A stretch of DNA of 64,000 nt, taken from an uncultured Ruminococcus sp. (GTDB lineage Bacteria; Bacillota; Clostridia; Oscillospirales; Acutalibacteraceae). Shown one piece after another: positions 1 through 9,300 of this stretch; position 1 is the first letter of the stretch; each line of letters opens with the position of its first letter. Location: NCBI GenBank assembly GCA_902773135.1, contig CACYDP010000100.1, forward strand, positions 49-64,048, in the 5' to 3' direction. A model generated the notes under the pieces. It saw only the letters and a program-made list of their open reading frames with translations, was not told the origin of the DNA and made no database searches. The position numbers and the translations under genes were made by a program.

Positions 1-402
1 GATTTTTTTAATTCTGGGGATATTGTTATTCTGGGAAATAATAAAGGAACAAAGGGCTTCCCAGGGTTCCTGCGATAAAATTCTGATGCCGTTAATGCTG
101 TCAACGGCACATTGCAGGGAAGGGCATTTCCGGACGATTTCTTTTCTGATATGATGGTAGTTGTTATCGAGGTCAAAATACGTTTTCCAGACAGTTTCAA
201 AATCCTGTTGGGTACAGTTTTCGATGATAGTTCTGTCGCCGTCAAGATAGATACGGACATATTTTCCGTATACGACACCGCAGTAAGAACCGTCGGGCTG
301 TTCGTCCCATCGAAAGCACTGACCGCAGCTGAAAGTGTTTTTTAAATCAAATTCGCTGCCTGCCCGGAATTCTGTACCTCTTTCGGTAAAGATAAACTCC
401 AT
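1..402 (-). CDS. ogg: 8-oxoguanine DNA glycosylase (OGG1-type), N-terminal part. The 3' end runs off the left edge of the window.
   Basis: My own minus-strand translation from ATG 402-400 reads MEFIFTERGTEFRAGSEFDLKNTFSCGQCFRWDEQPDG...GIRILSQEPWEALCSFIISQNNNIPRI. It carries the OGG_N GQxFRW motif and the LRQDPWE/SxNNNIxRI start of the HhH-GPD domain. The ORF is missing from the track because it has no stop codon inside the window. Confidence 0.8.
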   Translation of the reverse strand, partial: MEFIFTERGTEFRAGSEFDLKNTFSCGQCFRWDEQPDGSYCGVVYGKYVRIYLDGDRTIIENCTQQDFETVWKTYFDLDNNYHHIRKEIVRKCPSLQCAVDSINGIRILSQEPWEALCSFIISQNNNIPRIKKI

Positions 403-524
403 TTTTTCACATCCCTTTGTTAATGAACAAGTCTATTATACAATTGTATTTTCTTTCCGTCAACAGATAAAAAATGGAGGATCACCGGAATCAGTTTTGT
501 CAGGAAATAACGAAATTCAGCGGT

Positions 525-586
525 TTTGGGAAAGGGGGCCGTGGAATAACCCTTTTTCCGCCAGAAAAGGGTTTTCCCCGGGAAAC
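525..586 (+). repeat. GC-rich hairpin-forming intergenic element, family B copy 1 (possible REP/MITE-like repeat).
   Basis: The sequence tttgggaaaggggg..aaccctttttccgccagaaaagggttttccccggg aligns by hand at about 70% identity, with a few gaps, to 18953-19009. The central hairpin is AACCCTTTT/AAAAGGGTT flanked by GGGG/CCCC. Confidence 0.45.
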
Positions 587-620
587 TGCCTGCTTGCAGC
601 AAAATGGTTGAGTCTGATTT

Positions 621-1229
621 TCAGTATTTTGTTTTTTTGAATAGTATCAATGCAATTAAATAGAGTGATGTGATAAGGAGCGTAAAATTATATCTGGAAT
701 CCAGCAGGATCAAAAATCCGAAAAAGGCACATGGAACAAGAATGAGCAATGACAGAACATCAAGTATCCTGGAGGCTGTATCAATATCGAAATAGCTGCA
801 CAACAGGATTTTGAGAGCCTGTCCGCCATCGAGATTATCCACAGGCATACTGTTGAAAAGTCCGAGAGCAAGATTGGCAGAATAAAAAATCCCCAAAAAC
901 TCATATTTAAAAAAAAGGAACAACATATAGGAAACAGCCGAAAGAAAAAAATTGACCGTGACACCCGCAAGCGTTACCACAAGTTCCTGTTTGTTATTCC
1001 GACTGTATTGTTTCTGATCGATAATGGCGATGTCAAAAAGTGTCAGTTTGATTCTTTCGGGCATCGTGTGGTATCGCTTCAGCATTGCGATATGTCCCAG
1101 TTCGTGACAAACAGCGGATATAAAACAGATGATTACGGACATAGAGGTATCGAGTATGATCACGGCAGTCATTACCACAACCAAAGGATAACTGAGTTCC
1201 AACCGTATTTTTCCGATTTGAAAACTCAT
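621..1229 (-). CDS. spoIVFB: M50 family site-2 metalloprotease, SpoIVFB-like.
   Basis: This is a 202-aa polytopic membrane ORF. It has the HExxH motif (CHELGHIAM) and the NxxPxxxLDG motif (FNSMPVDNLDGG). It overlaps the upstream M23 gene by 4 nt, as in spoIVFA-spoIVFB operons. Confidence 0.75.
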   Translation of the reverse strand: MSFQIGKIRLELSYPLVVVMTAVIILDTSMSVIICFISAVCHELGHIAMLKRYHTMPERIKLTLFDIAIIDQKQYSRNNKQELVVTLAGVTVNFFLSAVSYMLFLFFKYEFLGIFYSANLALGLFNSMPVDNLDGGQALKILLCSYFDIDTASRILDVLSLLILVPCAFFGFLILLDSRYNFTLLITSLYLIALILFKKTKY

Positions 1230-1909
1230 TGGTATTCATCTCCGAGCAGGGAGGAAGGATTGATATTCGTTCCGTTGACGATCAGCTCAAAGTGAAGATG
1301 ATCGCCGTCTGCATCTCCCGTAGAACCCACCGATGCGATTTTTTGTCCCTTTTTGACAGTATCACCTTTTTTGACATAAAGCCGATCACAGTGAGCATAC
1401 AGTGTTTGGGTACTGTCGGAATGTGAGATGACCGTATAGTTTCCGTAAGAGTCATCTTTTTCGGCAGCAGCGACTGTACCGTCAAGAACGGCATAGATTT
1501 CACTGCCTTTATCCGCCCCGATGTCGATACCCTTATGTTTTTTGACCGTGCCGTTATCTTCTCTGTCGCCGAAAGGAGAGGTAATGATACCGGTTTTTAA
1601 CGGAAGACACAGATGTTCCTTCATTTCTTTGATGATGATGTCGGTACCGTCGGTCACAGGAGAAATATGGCTGGTTTCTTTGATTTGGATAGAATTATCC
1701 GAAAGATGAAAGAGCTGTTTTCCATCGGTAAATACCGAATCGTTTATCAGTTCAAAATAGGACGATGCGGTTTCGGCATAAAATGTAATGCCAAACGATT
1801 TCAGCAAAAGGGCAGCCGTAACGGCAAGAATACACAAAGCGGATTGAACGATGACAACAAGCTGACTTCTGACGGTCATTTTTTCCGGAGGGTTCTTCAA
1901 TTTTATCAC
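1226..1909 (-). CDS. Membrane-anchored M23/LytM peptidase in a SpoIVFA-like position.
   Basis: It has an N-terminal TM segment and a C-terminal M23 domain with HxxxD (HKGIDIG) and HxH (DHLHFE) motifs. The start is uncertain: GTG at 1909 or ATG at 1879. Confidence 0.7.
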   Translation of the reverse strand: MIKLKNPPEKMTVRSQLVVIVQSALCILAVTAALLLKSFGITFYAETASSYFELINDSVFTDGKQLFHLSDNSIQIKETSHISPVTDGTDIIIKEMKEHLCLPLKTGIITSPFGDREDNGTVKKHKGIDIGADKGSEIYAVLDGTVAAAEKDDSYGNYTVISHSDSTQTLYAHCDRLYVKKGDTVKKGQKIASVGSTGDADGDHLHFELIVNGTNINPSSLLGDEYQ

Positions 1910-2079
1910 TCACTTTATTGTTGGTTATATCAATATATGAAAAGCACGGAGTAAATAGACCTTGATGCTGATGCCGTCAAAAAAAGAAAACGACCGCATA
2001 ATATGGCTTACAGGTACACATAATAATATTGGTCGTTCCATTGAATGGCTGTAATGATATAATGTGGGGAGATAGTTTG

Positions 2080-2253
2080 ATGACAAACAAGGAATTGTTA
2101 TATATTGAGGATGCCCTTGGTCACGAACAGTATTTTAAAACGCAGTGCTGTGAAAGCCTTAGCAGAATGCAGGATAGTGAACTGAAAGCTCTTGCACAGG
2201 AAGTGGAAAGACAGCACAAAAGAATATTCCAGAATTTTTACGACTTACTGTAA
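2080..2253 (+). CDS. Small spore coat protein F (CotF)-like protein.
   Basis: The product is MTNKELLYIEDALGHEQYFKTQCCE...; the LxxEDALxHE pattern is typical of Coat_F. An RBS (GGGGAG) lies upstream of the ATG at 2080. Confidence 0.55.
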   Translation: MTNKELLYIEDALGHEQYFKTQCCESLSRMQDSELKALAQEVERQHKRIFQNFYDLL

Positions 2254-2271
2254 CGGAACGGAGGGACTCAT

Positions 2272-2514
2272 ATGGACGACAGAAACCTTATGGAAAATAT
2301 GCTTTTGCTGGAAAAAGGTGTTTGTGATCTTTTTATGCACGGAACAATTGAATCGTCAAGTGATAATGTAAGAAGAGCCTTTTCCGATTCTCTCAACACG
2401 GCACTTGGTCTTCAGGACCGAATATACAGTGAAATGGAAGCAAGAGGCTGGTATCAGACAGAGCAGGCAGAGCAAAGCAAAATTGCTTCTCTGAAAATGA
2501 AATATACCAACTAA
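2272..2514 (+). CDS. Spore coat protein F (CotF) family protein.
   Basis: The sequence DRNLMENMLLLEKGVCDLFMHGTIESSSDNVRRAF...LQDRIYSEMEARGWY resembles the Coat_F domain. It is paired with the preceding small gene. Confidence 0.6.
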   Translation: MDDRNLMENMLLLEKGVCDLFMHGTIESSSDNVRRAFSDSLNTALGLQDRIYSEMEARGWYQTEQAEQSKIASLKMKYTN

Positions 2515-2587
2515 GCCATACAGTCAAAATTGTTTTGGACAATCATCGGTGTATACGTATCAACTTTGATAGGTATACACCGAAATC

Positions 2588-2845
2588 TTACTGCACAAAA
2601 TTTTTATCCTCGTTCTGTATGAATTCAATCATTTCTTTTCTGCCGCTTTCCGTCAGTTCAAAGGTACGTTCGGTAAGAATCTGATCGAGGCTTTTTTCAT
2701 AGCAAAATTCACCGTGCCAGATTTTTAGCGTCATTGTTTCCTCTTTTACATTGGGTATCACAATATAGTGAAACAGTCCGTTGCATTCGGAATATCTGTT
2801 ATCGTTTTCAAACCACATAATTTTGGGCATTTCTTTACAAAGCAT
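2588..2845 (-). CDS. Hypothetical small protein.
   Basis: The ORF has an RBS (GGGAGG) 6 nt upstream of the ATG at 2845. No motif is recognised. Confidence 0.4.
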   Translation of the reverse strand: MLCKEMPKIMWFENDNRYSECNGLFHYIVIPNVKEETMTLKIWHGEFCYEKSLDQILTERTFELTESGRKEMIEFIQNEDKNFVQ

Positions 2846-2973
2846 TTGATTACCTCCCGATTTTGATGACAATTCTATTGTAGCACAAAAAGTCCCAAAA
2901 AGAAACATTTGAATATTGCAAAGTGATATGTTATAATTTGATGGATTGATGAATTATACGAGGAGCGTTGAAA

Positions 2974-3759
2974 ATGGAAAAATTTATGCAGGTCAATTCT
3001 ATGAATAATTACGGTGAGCAGATTGTTAAAAAAAGAATGTCATCTACAATGGTATCAAGTATTGTTCTGTCGCTTGTACTGATTGTATTTGTGATATTTA
3101 TTGCGGTATATTTATCGGGATTTTTTGGCTGGCTTGTTCCGGTTGCCATTCTTGCCTTTGGATTAGGCTGTTATCTGATCTACTACATTATCAAAAATTC
3201 GGGTATAGAATATGAATATACATTTGTTGTAGGGGAAATGCGTATTGACAGAATCAAGGGAAAATCAAAACGCAAAAAAGTAACCGTGTTTGATGTCAAA
3301 TCAATTGATAAAATGGGAAAGTATATTGACCCCGAAACAGGCAAGAAAACCATTGATACATCAAATTATGAATTGATTCTCAAGGCTGCCGTGGATGAAT
3401 ATGCTCTTGATACATATTATGTTATCATTCACGATAAAGTAAGACAAAAGCCGGCGATACTGCTGTTCACTCCGAATGAAAGAACCATTGAAATGATCAA
3501 GCCGTATTTTTCAATTGCCTTGAAAAAGAAATTTTTTATGGAAAAGAAAAAAGAAGAACAATCGGCAAAAACAGACAAGACAGAAAAGCCGGTAAGTTCC
3601 GAACCGGTACAAAAAGATACAAAGATCGAAAAAGAATCATCGGACGAACCCAAAAAAGTATCCGATAAAACCGTTAAAAATGAAAAAAAACAACCCGTAC
3701 AAAACCATTCCAAAAACAGCGGCAAGAAAAATGCTAAGACAAAGAAAAAGAAGAAATAA
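2974..3759 (+). CDS. Hypothetical two-TM membrane protein with a K/E-rich C-terminal tail.
   Basis: An RBS (GAGGAG) precedes the ATG at 2974. Two hydrophobic helices are followed by a globular part and a lysine-rich low-complexity tail. Confidence 0.55.
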   Translation: MEKFMQVNSMNNYGEQIVKKRMSSTMVSSIVLSLVLIVFVIFIAVYLSGFFGWLVPVAILAFGLGCYLIYYIIKNSGIEYEYTFVVGEMRIDRIKGKSKRKKVTVFDVKSIDKMGKYIDPETGKKTIDTSNYELILKAAVDEYALDTYYVIIHDKVRQKPAILLFTPNERTIEMIKPYFSIALKKKFFMEKKKEEQSAKTDKTEKPVSSEPVQKDTKIEKESSDEPKKVSDKTVKNEKKQPVQNHSKNSGKKNAKTKKKKK

Positions 3760-3895
3760 TATGACAAAATTGATTTTCGTGCTTTTTTTAAAGTTCATAT
3801 TTACAAATCAATGAAAATGTAATATAATAGGATAGTATTCGACAAAGGAGCAGTTGCTTTTGCCGAGTGATTATGAATCAAAAGGAGTAACCAAT

Positions 3896-4498
3896 ATGGA
3901 TATAGTTTGTTTAGATCTCGAAGGTGTTCTTGTACCTGAAATATGGATTGCCTTTGCGGAAGAGAGCGGTATTCCCCAACTGAAAAAAACAACTCGTGAC
4001 GAACCGGATTATGACAAATTGATGACTTGGAGATTGGGTGTGCTGAAAGAACATGGTCTTGGTCTGAAAGAAATTCAGGATACTATCGCAAAAATTGATC
4101 CGATTCCCGGTGCAAAAGAATTTCTGGACGAACTTCGCTCATTGACACAGGTCATCATTATCAGTGATACATTTACCCAGTTTGCAAAGCCTCTAATGAA
4201 AAAGCTCGGTTGGCCTACCATTTTCTGTAATTCTCTGGAAGTTGCTGACAATGGTGAAATCACAGGCTTTAAAATGCGTATTGAAAATTCAAAGTTTACT
4301 ACTGTTAAAGCACTTCAGTCGATCGGCTACGATACGATTGCGAGCGGCGACAGCTATAACGATCTCGGTATGATCAAAGCAAGTAAGGCAGGATTCCTCT
4401 TTAAAAGCACAGATAAAATTAAAGCAGATAATCCGGAACTCAAAGCGTTTGAAAATTACGATGAACTTCTTGATGAAATAAAGAAAAATCTCGCTTAA
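3896..4498 (+). CDS. thrH: HAD-family phosphoserine phosphatase / homoserine phosphotransferase (ThrH-like).
   Basis: The product begins MDIVCLDLEGVLVPEIWIAFAE (HAD motif I, DxE/DxxGVL) and contains GDSYNDLGM (motif IV). Its overall layout resembles ThrH. An RBS (AAGGAG) is present. Confidence 0.7.
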   Translation: MDIVCLDLEGVLVPEIWIAFAEESGIPQLKKTTRDEPDYDKLMTWRLGVLKEHGLGLKEIQDTIAKIDPIPGAKEFLDELRSLTQVIIISDTFTQFAKPLMKKLGWPTIFCNSLEVADNGEITGFKMRIENSKFTTVKALQSIGYDTIASGDSYNDLGMIKASKAGFLFKSTDKIKADNPELKAFENYDELLDEIKKNLA

Positions 4499-4509
4499 CG
4501 GCAATCAAG

Positions 4510-4561
4510 CTGTCGAATGACCTGTTACCGTATCGGTAACGTGTTTTTCGACAGTTTTTTT
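4510..4561 (+). terminator. Rho-independent terminator after thrH.
   Basis: The stem is CTGTCGAA...TTCGACAG with an inner hairpin GTTACCG/CGGTAAC, followed by a T7 run. Confidence 0.75.
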
Positions 4562-4573
4562 ATCAAAAATAGC

Positions 4574-4602
4574 TTGACATATACCGATTTAAAATGTATA
4601 AT
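4574..4602 (+). promoter_or_regulatory. Sigma-A type promoter for tRNA-Pro.
   Basis: TTGACA (4574-4579), a 17-nt spacer and TATAAT (4597-4602) lie about 22 nt upstream of the tRNA 5' end. Confidence 0.7.
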
Positions 4603-4624
4603 AATATAGTTGTTTCATATATAT

Positions 4625-4701
4625 CGAGGTGTAACTCAGTTTGGTAGAGTGCTTGGTTTGGGACCAAGATGCCGCAGGTTCAAGTCCTGTCACCTCGACC
4701 A
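4625..4701 (+). tRNA. tRNA-Pro (anticodon TGG) with encoded CCA.
   Basis: A hand-folded cloverleaf fits. The acceptor stem is CGAGGTG/CACCTCG and the D arm is ACTC..GAGT. The anticodon stem CTTGG/CCAAG carries the loop TTTGGGA. The T arm is GCAGG-TTCAAGT-CCTGT, followed by discriminator A and CCA. Confidence 0.9.
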
Positions 4702-4705
4702 GTGC

Positions 4706-4756
4706 GTGACCGTACGGGACGATTTGCGTAATCGCTCCCTGCGGTCACTCGTTTTT
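4706..4756 (+). terminator. Terminator-like hairpin immediately 3' of tRNA-Pro.
   Basis: The outer stem is GTGACCG...CGGTCAC, followed by TCGTTTTT. Confidence 0.6.
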
Positions 4757-4836
4757 AGAGGGTTCCATTTCATCACCTCTGCGGGTACAGGGGCGAGCAG
4801 CTCCGGTGGGACAGGTTCAGTAGAAATCAAAAAGAG

Positions 4837-5013
4837 ATGATTACGATGAAACAAGACAGGAACAAGCAAAACGAATTGATACGAATGAGCATTATCCGGG
4901 ATATGTCGGAGGGAGTAATAGTTCTTGGACTGAATGGCATTGTTGAATATATCAATCCCGCCGCAGAAAGTATTCTGAAAAAAAGTGCGGAAAAACCGAT
5001 GCGGTTATTATGA
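4837..5013 (+). pseudogene. Orphan N-terminal fragment of a PAS-domain signalling protein (58 codons).
   Basis: My own translation reads MITMKQDRNKQNELIRMSIIRDMSEGVIVLGLNGIVEYINPAAESILKKSAEKPMRLL*. This is a typical PAS S-box start, but the ORF stops after about 55 aa with no output domain. Confidence 0.55.
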
Positions 5014-5402
5014 TTCTCCATGATGACAGCGGCAGCAAGATATTGCTGAATTATGAATTTCGTATGGCGGTCGGGGAATGGGTATACAATTTCCCTGCGG
5101 GACTGATCGACCGGGACGAAACGCCGGACTTAGCGGCAGAACGTGAGCTGCGGGAGGAAACGGGGCTTCATCTGGACACTATATCGGAAATATGGCCGGA
5201 AAGCTATTCTGCCGTCGGGTTTTCCAACGAAAAGGGAATCGTGATTCTGGGAACAGCAAGCGGCACATTCAGACAGAGTGATTCTGATATGGAGGAAATC
5301 CGTGCCAACTGGTACACAAAAGCACAGGTAAGAGAATTACTGCAGTGCAAACGTTTTGCTGCAAGAACTCAAATGTATTGTTCGCTGTGGAGTAATAGGT
5401 AA
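5010..5402 (+). CDS. NUDIX hydrolase (ADP-ribose pyrophosphatase-like), apparently N-terminally truncated.
   Basis: The Nudix box is GLIDRDETPDLAAERELREETGL. The frame is open upstream only to 4947 (..KTDAVI-MILHDD), so the usual 40 or so N-terminal residues are missing. Confidence 0.7.
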   Translation: MILHDDSGSKILLNYEFRMAVGEWVYNFPAGLIDRDETPDLAAERELREETGLHLDTISEIWPESYSAVGFSNEKGIVILGTASGTFRQSDSDMEEIRANWYTKAQVRELLQCKRFAARTQMYCSLWSNR

Positions 5403-5444
5403 CTATCTTCTTGATGGCTATATCAAAATACGGGAGGAATTCAT

Positions 5445-5993
5445 ATGAATGTATTGGTTATCAATTGCAGTCCTGTCAAGACGGGAGCCACCGCCGAAAT
5501 TGTCCGACTCATTTCTGAAAAAATTTCTGTAAAGCATCAGACAAAGAGTATTTGCATTGACGATTATGACTTTAAGTTTTGTAAAGGTTGTCGGACGTGT
5601 CACAATACTGCCAGATGTGTAATGGACGACGATGTGACACTGATTATGAATGAATTGGAACAAGCGGATATTATTGTGTCTGTTGCACCGTCCTATTGGG
5701 CAGATATTCCGGGACAGTTCAAGGCGTTTATTGACAGATGTACTCCTTGGTCCAATACACACGAACCCCATTCTACTATCGGCAGAGGAAAAAAGGGTTA
5801 TTCTGTTGCGTTGCGGACAGGATCGGGTATGAAAGAATGCGATAGAATTATACAAAGTATCGAACATTATTATGGACATTTAGAAATTGAATGCTGCGGC
5901 AAACTGGGCTTATGTTCTGTGGAATACAAAGAAAATGTGGCATCCCGGAAAGACGAAATAGCAGCGTTTTGTGATAAAATTCTGATGCTGTAA
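5445..5993 (+). CDS. Flavodoxin-like NAD(P)H-dependent FMN reductase / iron-sulfur flavoprotein-like protein.
   Basis: The start MNVLVINCSPVKTGAT and the Cys cluster CKGCRTCHNTARC are typical of Isf-type flavoproteins. Confidence 0.7.
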   Translation: MNVLVINCSPVKTGATAEIVRLISEKISVKHQTKSICIDDYDFKFCKGCRTCHNTARCVMDDDVTLIMNELEQADIIVSVAPSYWADIPGQFKAFIDRCTPWSNTHEPHSTIGRGKKGYSVALRTGSGMKECDRIIQSIEHYYGHLEIECCGKLGLCSVEYKENVASRKDEIAAFCDKILML

Positions 5994-6284
5994 TAGTTTA
6001 CAGTATGTCGGCAAAAGAAGCCTCGTTCTCTATATCGGAGAGCGAGGCTTTCATCATAGTTGTCTGTATCCATTAATCATACAGTTTCATTATCATATCG
6101 GTTGTTTGTCACAGTGCCTGAAAATAATCGGAAATGTCCGGTAAATGTTAAGCATATTGAATCCATTACTTTAAAAATTTGCAACAAAAAAAATATTTCT
6201 TGCGTAAAAAATGTCATTACTCGATGAAATAACAATTTTTAACGGCGAAAATGAATTTCAATATAAAAAAATTGCAAAAAACTA

Positions 6285-6313
6285 TTGACATACAAGGAAA
6301 TAGATTATATAAT
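6285..6313 (+). promoter_or_regulatory. Sigma-A type promoter upstream of gltB.
   Basis: TTGACA (6285-6290), a 17-nt spacer and TATAAT (6308-6313). Confidence 0.65.
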
Positions 6314-6395
6314 AACAATCGTGCAGAGTGCATAAATGAAAAAGTTTGTTTTTGGGCGAAATTTATGTACCAAATCAAATCAGGAGATGATATTA

Positions 6396-9300
6396 ATGTT
6401 GCGTAAGCAGACAGAAGAGGAATGTAAAACTTTGTATTCCGAAAAGTTTGAGCATGATAACTGCGGTATAGGTGCAGTGGTCAATATCAGCGGTATAAAA
6501 TCACATTCTACGGTTGAAAATGCTCTTACCATAGTTGAAACACTGGAACATCGTGCCGGTAAAGATGCCGAAGGCAAAACAGGTGACGGTGTTGGTATTT
6601 TGCTGCAAATTTCACACAAGTTCTTTCAGAAGGCTGCTAAAGAAATCGGCATTGATCTTCACTCCGAAAGAGATTACGGCGTCGGTATGTTCTTTTTCCC
6701 GCAGAAAGAACTGGCAAGAAATCAGGCAAGAAAACTGTTTGAGATCATTGCCGAAAAAGAAGGACTGAAAGTGCTGGGCTGGAGAGAAGTTCCCTCCGAC
6801 ATCAATGCCATTGGCAAAAGAGCAGTGGACTGTATGCCCTGTATTATGCAGTGCTTTATCCAAAGACCCTATGGTGTCAGAAAAGGTATTGACTTTGACA
6901 GAAAACTGTATGTGGCAAGACGTGTGTTTGAACAGAGCAATGAAGATACCTATGTTGTTTCACTTTCCAGCCGTACAGTTGTCTATAAAGGTATGTTTTT
7001 GGTAGGCGACCTGAGAAGATTCTTTTTTGATTTGCAGGATCCGGATTATGAATCCGCTATTGCAATGGTTCATTCCCGTTTTTCGACCAATACCAATCCG
7101 AGCTGGCAGAGGGCTCATCCCAACAGAATGATCGTGCATAACGGCGAAATCAACACTATACGAGGCAATGCCGATAAAATGCTTGCCAGAGAAGAAACTA
7201 TGCGTTCCGAACATCTGAAAGGCGATCTCGATAAGGTCATTCCCGTTGTCAATACAGAAGGTTCCGACTCGGCAATGCTCGACAATACGCTTGAATTTTT
7301 GGTAATGAGTGGTATGGATCTTCCTCTTGCGGTAATGATTACCATTCCGGAGCCGTGGGATAATAACCATACAATGAGCCGTAAAAAAAGAGATTTTTAT
7401 CAATATTATGCGACAATGATGGAACCGTGGGACGGTCCTGCCTCCATTCTGTTTTCTGACGGTGACATTATGGGTGCGGTTCTTGACAGAAACGGTCTCA
7501 GACCATCGAGATATTATATCACAGACGACAATAATCTGATCCTTTCCTCAGAAGTCGGAGCATTGCCTGTGGCTCCCGAAAAAATTGTATCCAAAGAAAG
7601 ACTGAAGCCCGGCAAAATGCTGTTGGTTGATACGGTGCAGGGCAGACTCATTGATGATGAGGAACTGAAAGAATCCTATGCGTCCAAAAAACCTTACGGT
7701 GAATGGCTTGACGGTCATCTTGTCAAACTTCACGACTTGAAAATTCCGAATATGAAGGTCGAAGAACACAGTCACGAAGAACTGAAAAAACTTCAGAAAG
7801 CGTTCGGCTATACTTATGAAGATGTTATGACTTCCATTCTGCCGATGGCTAAGGACGGAAGCGAACCTATATCCGCTATGGGTACGGATTCTCCGATTGC
7901 GGCTCTTTCTGACGAACCCCAGCCGCTGTTCAATTATTTCAAACAGCTGTTTGCTCAGGTTACCAACCCTCCGATCGATGCAATACGTGAGGAGGTAGTT
8001 ACATCAACAACGGTCTATATCGGTGAGGACGGCAATATACTGGAAGAAAAGCCCGAAAACTGTAATGTTATCAAAATCCACAATCCTATCCTGACATCTA
8101 CCGATATTCTGAAAATTAAAAATATGAAAGCCAACGGCTTTAAAGTTGCCGTTGTTCCGATACTTTACTATAAAAATACACGCCTGTCCAAAGCGGTCAA
8201 CAGACTGTTTATCGAGGCAGATAAGGCTTATAATGATGGTGCCAATATTCTCATACTTTCCGACAGAGGTGTAGACGAAAACCATCTTGCCATACCGTCA
8301 CTGCTTGCGGTTTCAGCACTTCATCAGCATCTGGTTGACACGAAAAAGAGAACATCACTTGCGGTCATTCTTGAAAGCGGTGAACCGAGAGAAGTACATC
8401 ATTTCGCAACACTGCTCGGTTATGGTGCCAGTGCGGTCAACCCGTATCTTGCTCAGGAAACCATTCATGAACTGATTAATGATGATTTGCTCAATAAAGA
8501 TTACTATGCGGCTGTTGAAGATTATAACAACGCTGTTCTTCACGGCATCGTCAAAATTGCCTCTAAAATGGGTATTTCCACGATCCGCTCTTATCAGGGT
8601 TCACAGATCTTTGAAGCTGTCGGCATCAGCAGAGAAGTTACCGACCGGTACTTTACAGGTACGGTCAGCAGAATCGGCGGCATTACCATCAAAGATATTG
8701 AAGACAATGCCGACAAACTCCATACCCGTGCTTTTGACCCGCTCGGACTGGGCTGTACGGCGGAACTGGAATCGAGAGGAAGCCATAAATTCAGAAGCGG
8801 CAAGGAAGAACATCTTTACAATCCTCAGACCATTCATATGCTCCAGGCGGCCACCAGAACCGGCAATTACGAACTTTATCAGAAATATTCCGATATGATT
8901 ACCAAGGAAATGTCCCCCGTCAATATCAGAGGACTGCTTGATTTTAATTATGCGGAAAATCCTGTTCCGCTGGAAGAAGTGGAAAGTGCGGAATCTATCG
9001 TAAGACGTTTCAAAACAGGTGCGATGTCCTATGGTTCTATTTCTCAGGAAGCACACGAAACCCTGGCTCTTGCAATGAACCGTCTTCACGGCAAGTCAAA
9101 CTCGGGCGAGGGCGGCGAAAGTCTGGAACGTCTGAAAACAAAGGGTACTTCGGAAAACAAATGTTCCGCCATTAAGCAGGTAGCATCGGGACGTTTCGGT
9201 GTAACATCACGTTATCTGACTTCTGCCGATGAACTGCAAATCAAAATGGCTCAGGGTGCAAAACCCGGTGAGGGCGGTCATCTTCCGGGCAAGAAAGTGT

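Noticed and set aside
112-640. Track ORFs at 112-345 (+), 335-640 (+) and 420-602 (-).
   Set aside because: ORF 112-345 is antisense to a clearly recognisable ogg gene (minus strand, 1-402). The other two lie in the repeat-containing spacer and have no RBS and no motif.
4702-4729. Similarity between the tRNA-Pro 3' flank (gtgcgtgaccgtacgggacg) and 58540-58559 (gtgcgtgaccgcacgggaca), including a GTGCG start reminiscent of a group II intron 5' end.
   Set aside because: The match is only 18 of 19 positions and then decays. My rough estimate is that about 0.1-1 such matches are expected by chance in a 64-kb self-comparison. Nothing resembling domain I follows either copy. It is worth a genome-wide check but is not supportable here.
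4610-4840. A 76-aa ORF overlapping tRNA-Pro and its flank.
   Set aside because: It reads through a tRNA gene and a terminator hairpin. Its Arg/Gly/Ser-rich composition is typical of translated GC-rich non-coding DNA.
6000-6335. A search of the long AT-rich region upstream of gltB for TnrA/GlnR sites (TGTNA-N7-TNACA) or a leader RNA.
   Set aside because: No site with correct spacing was found and no conserved structure is evident. Only the promoter call is retained.
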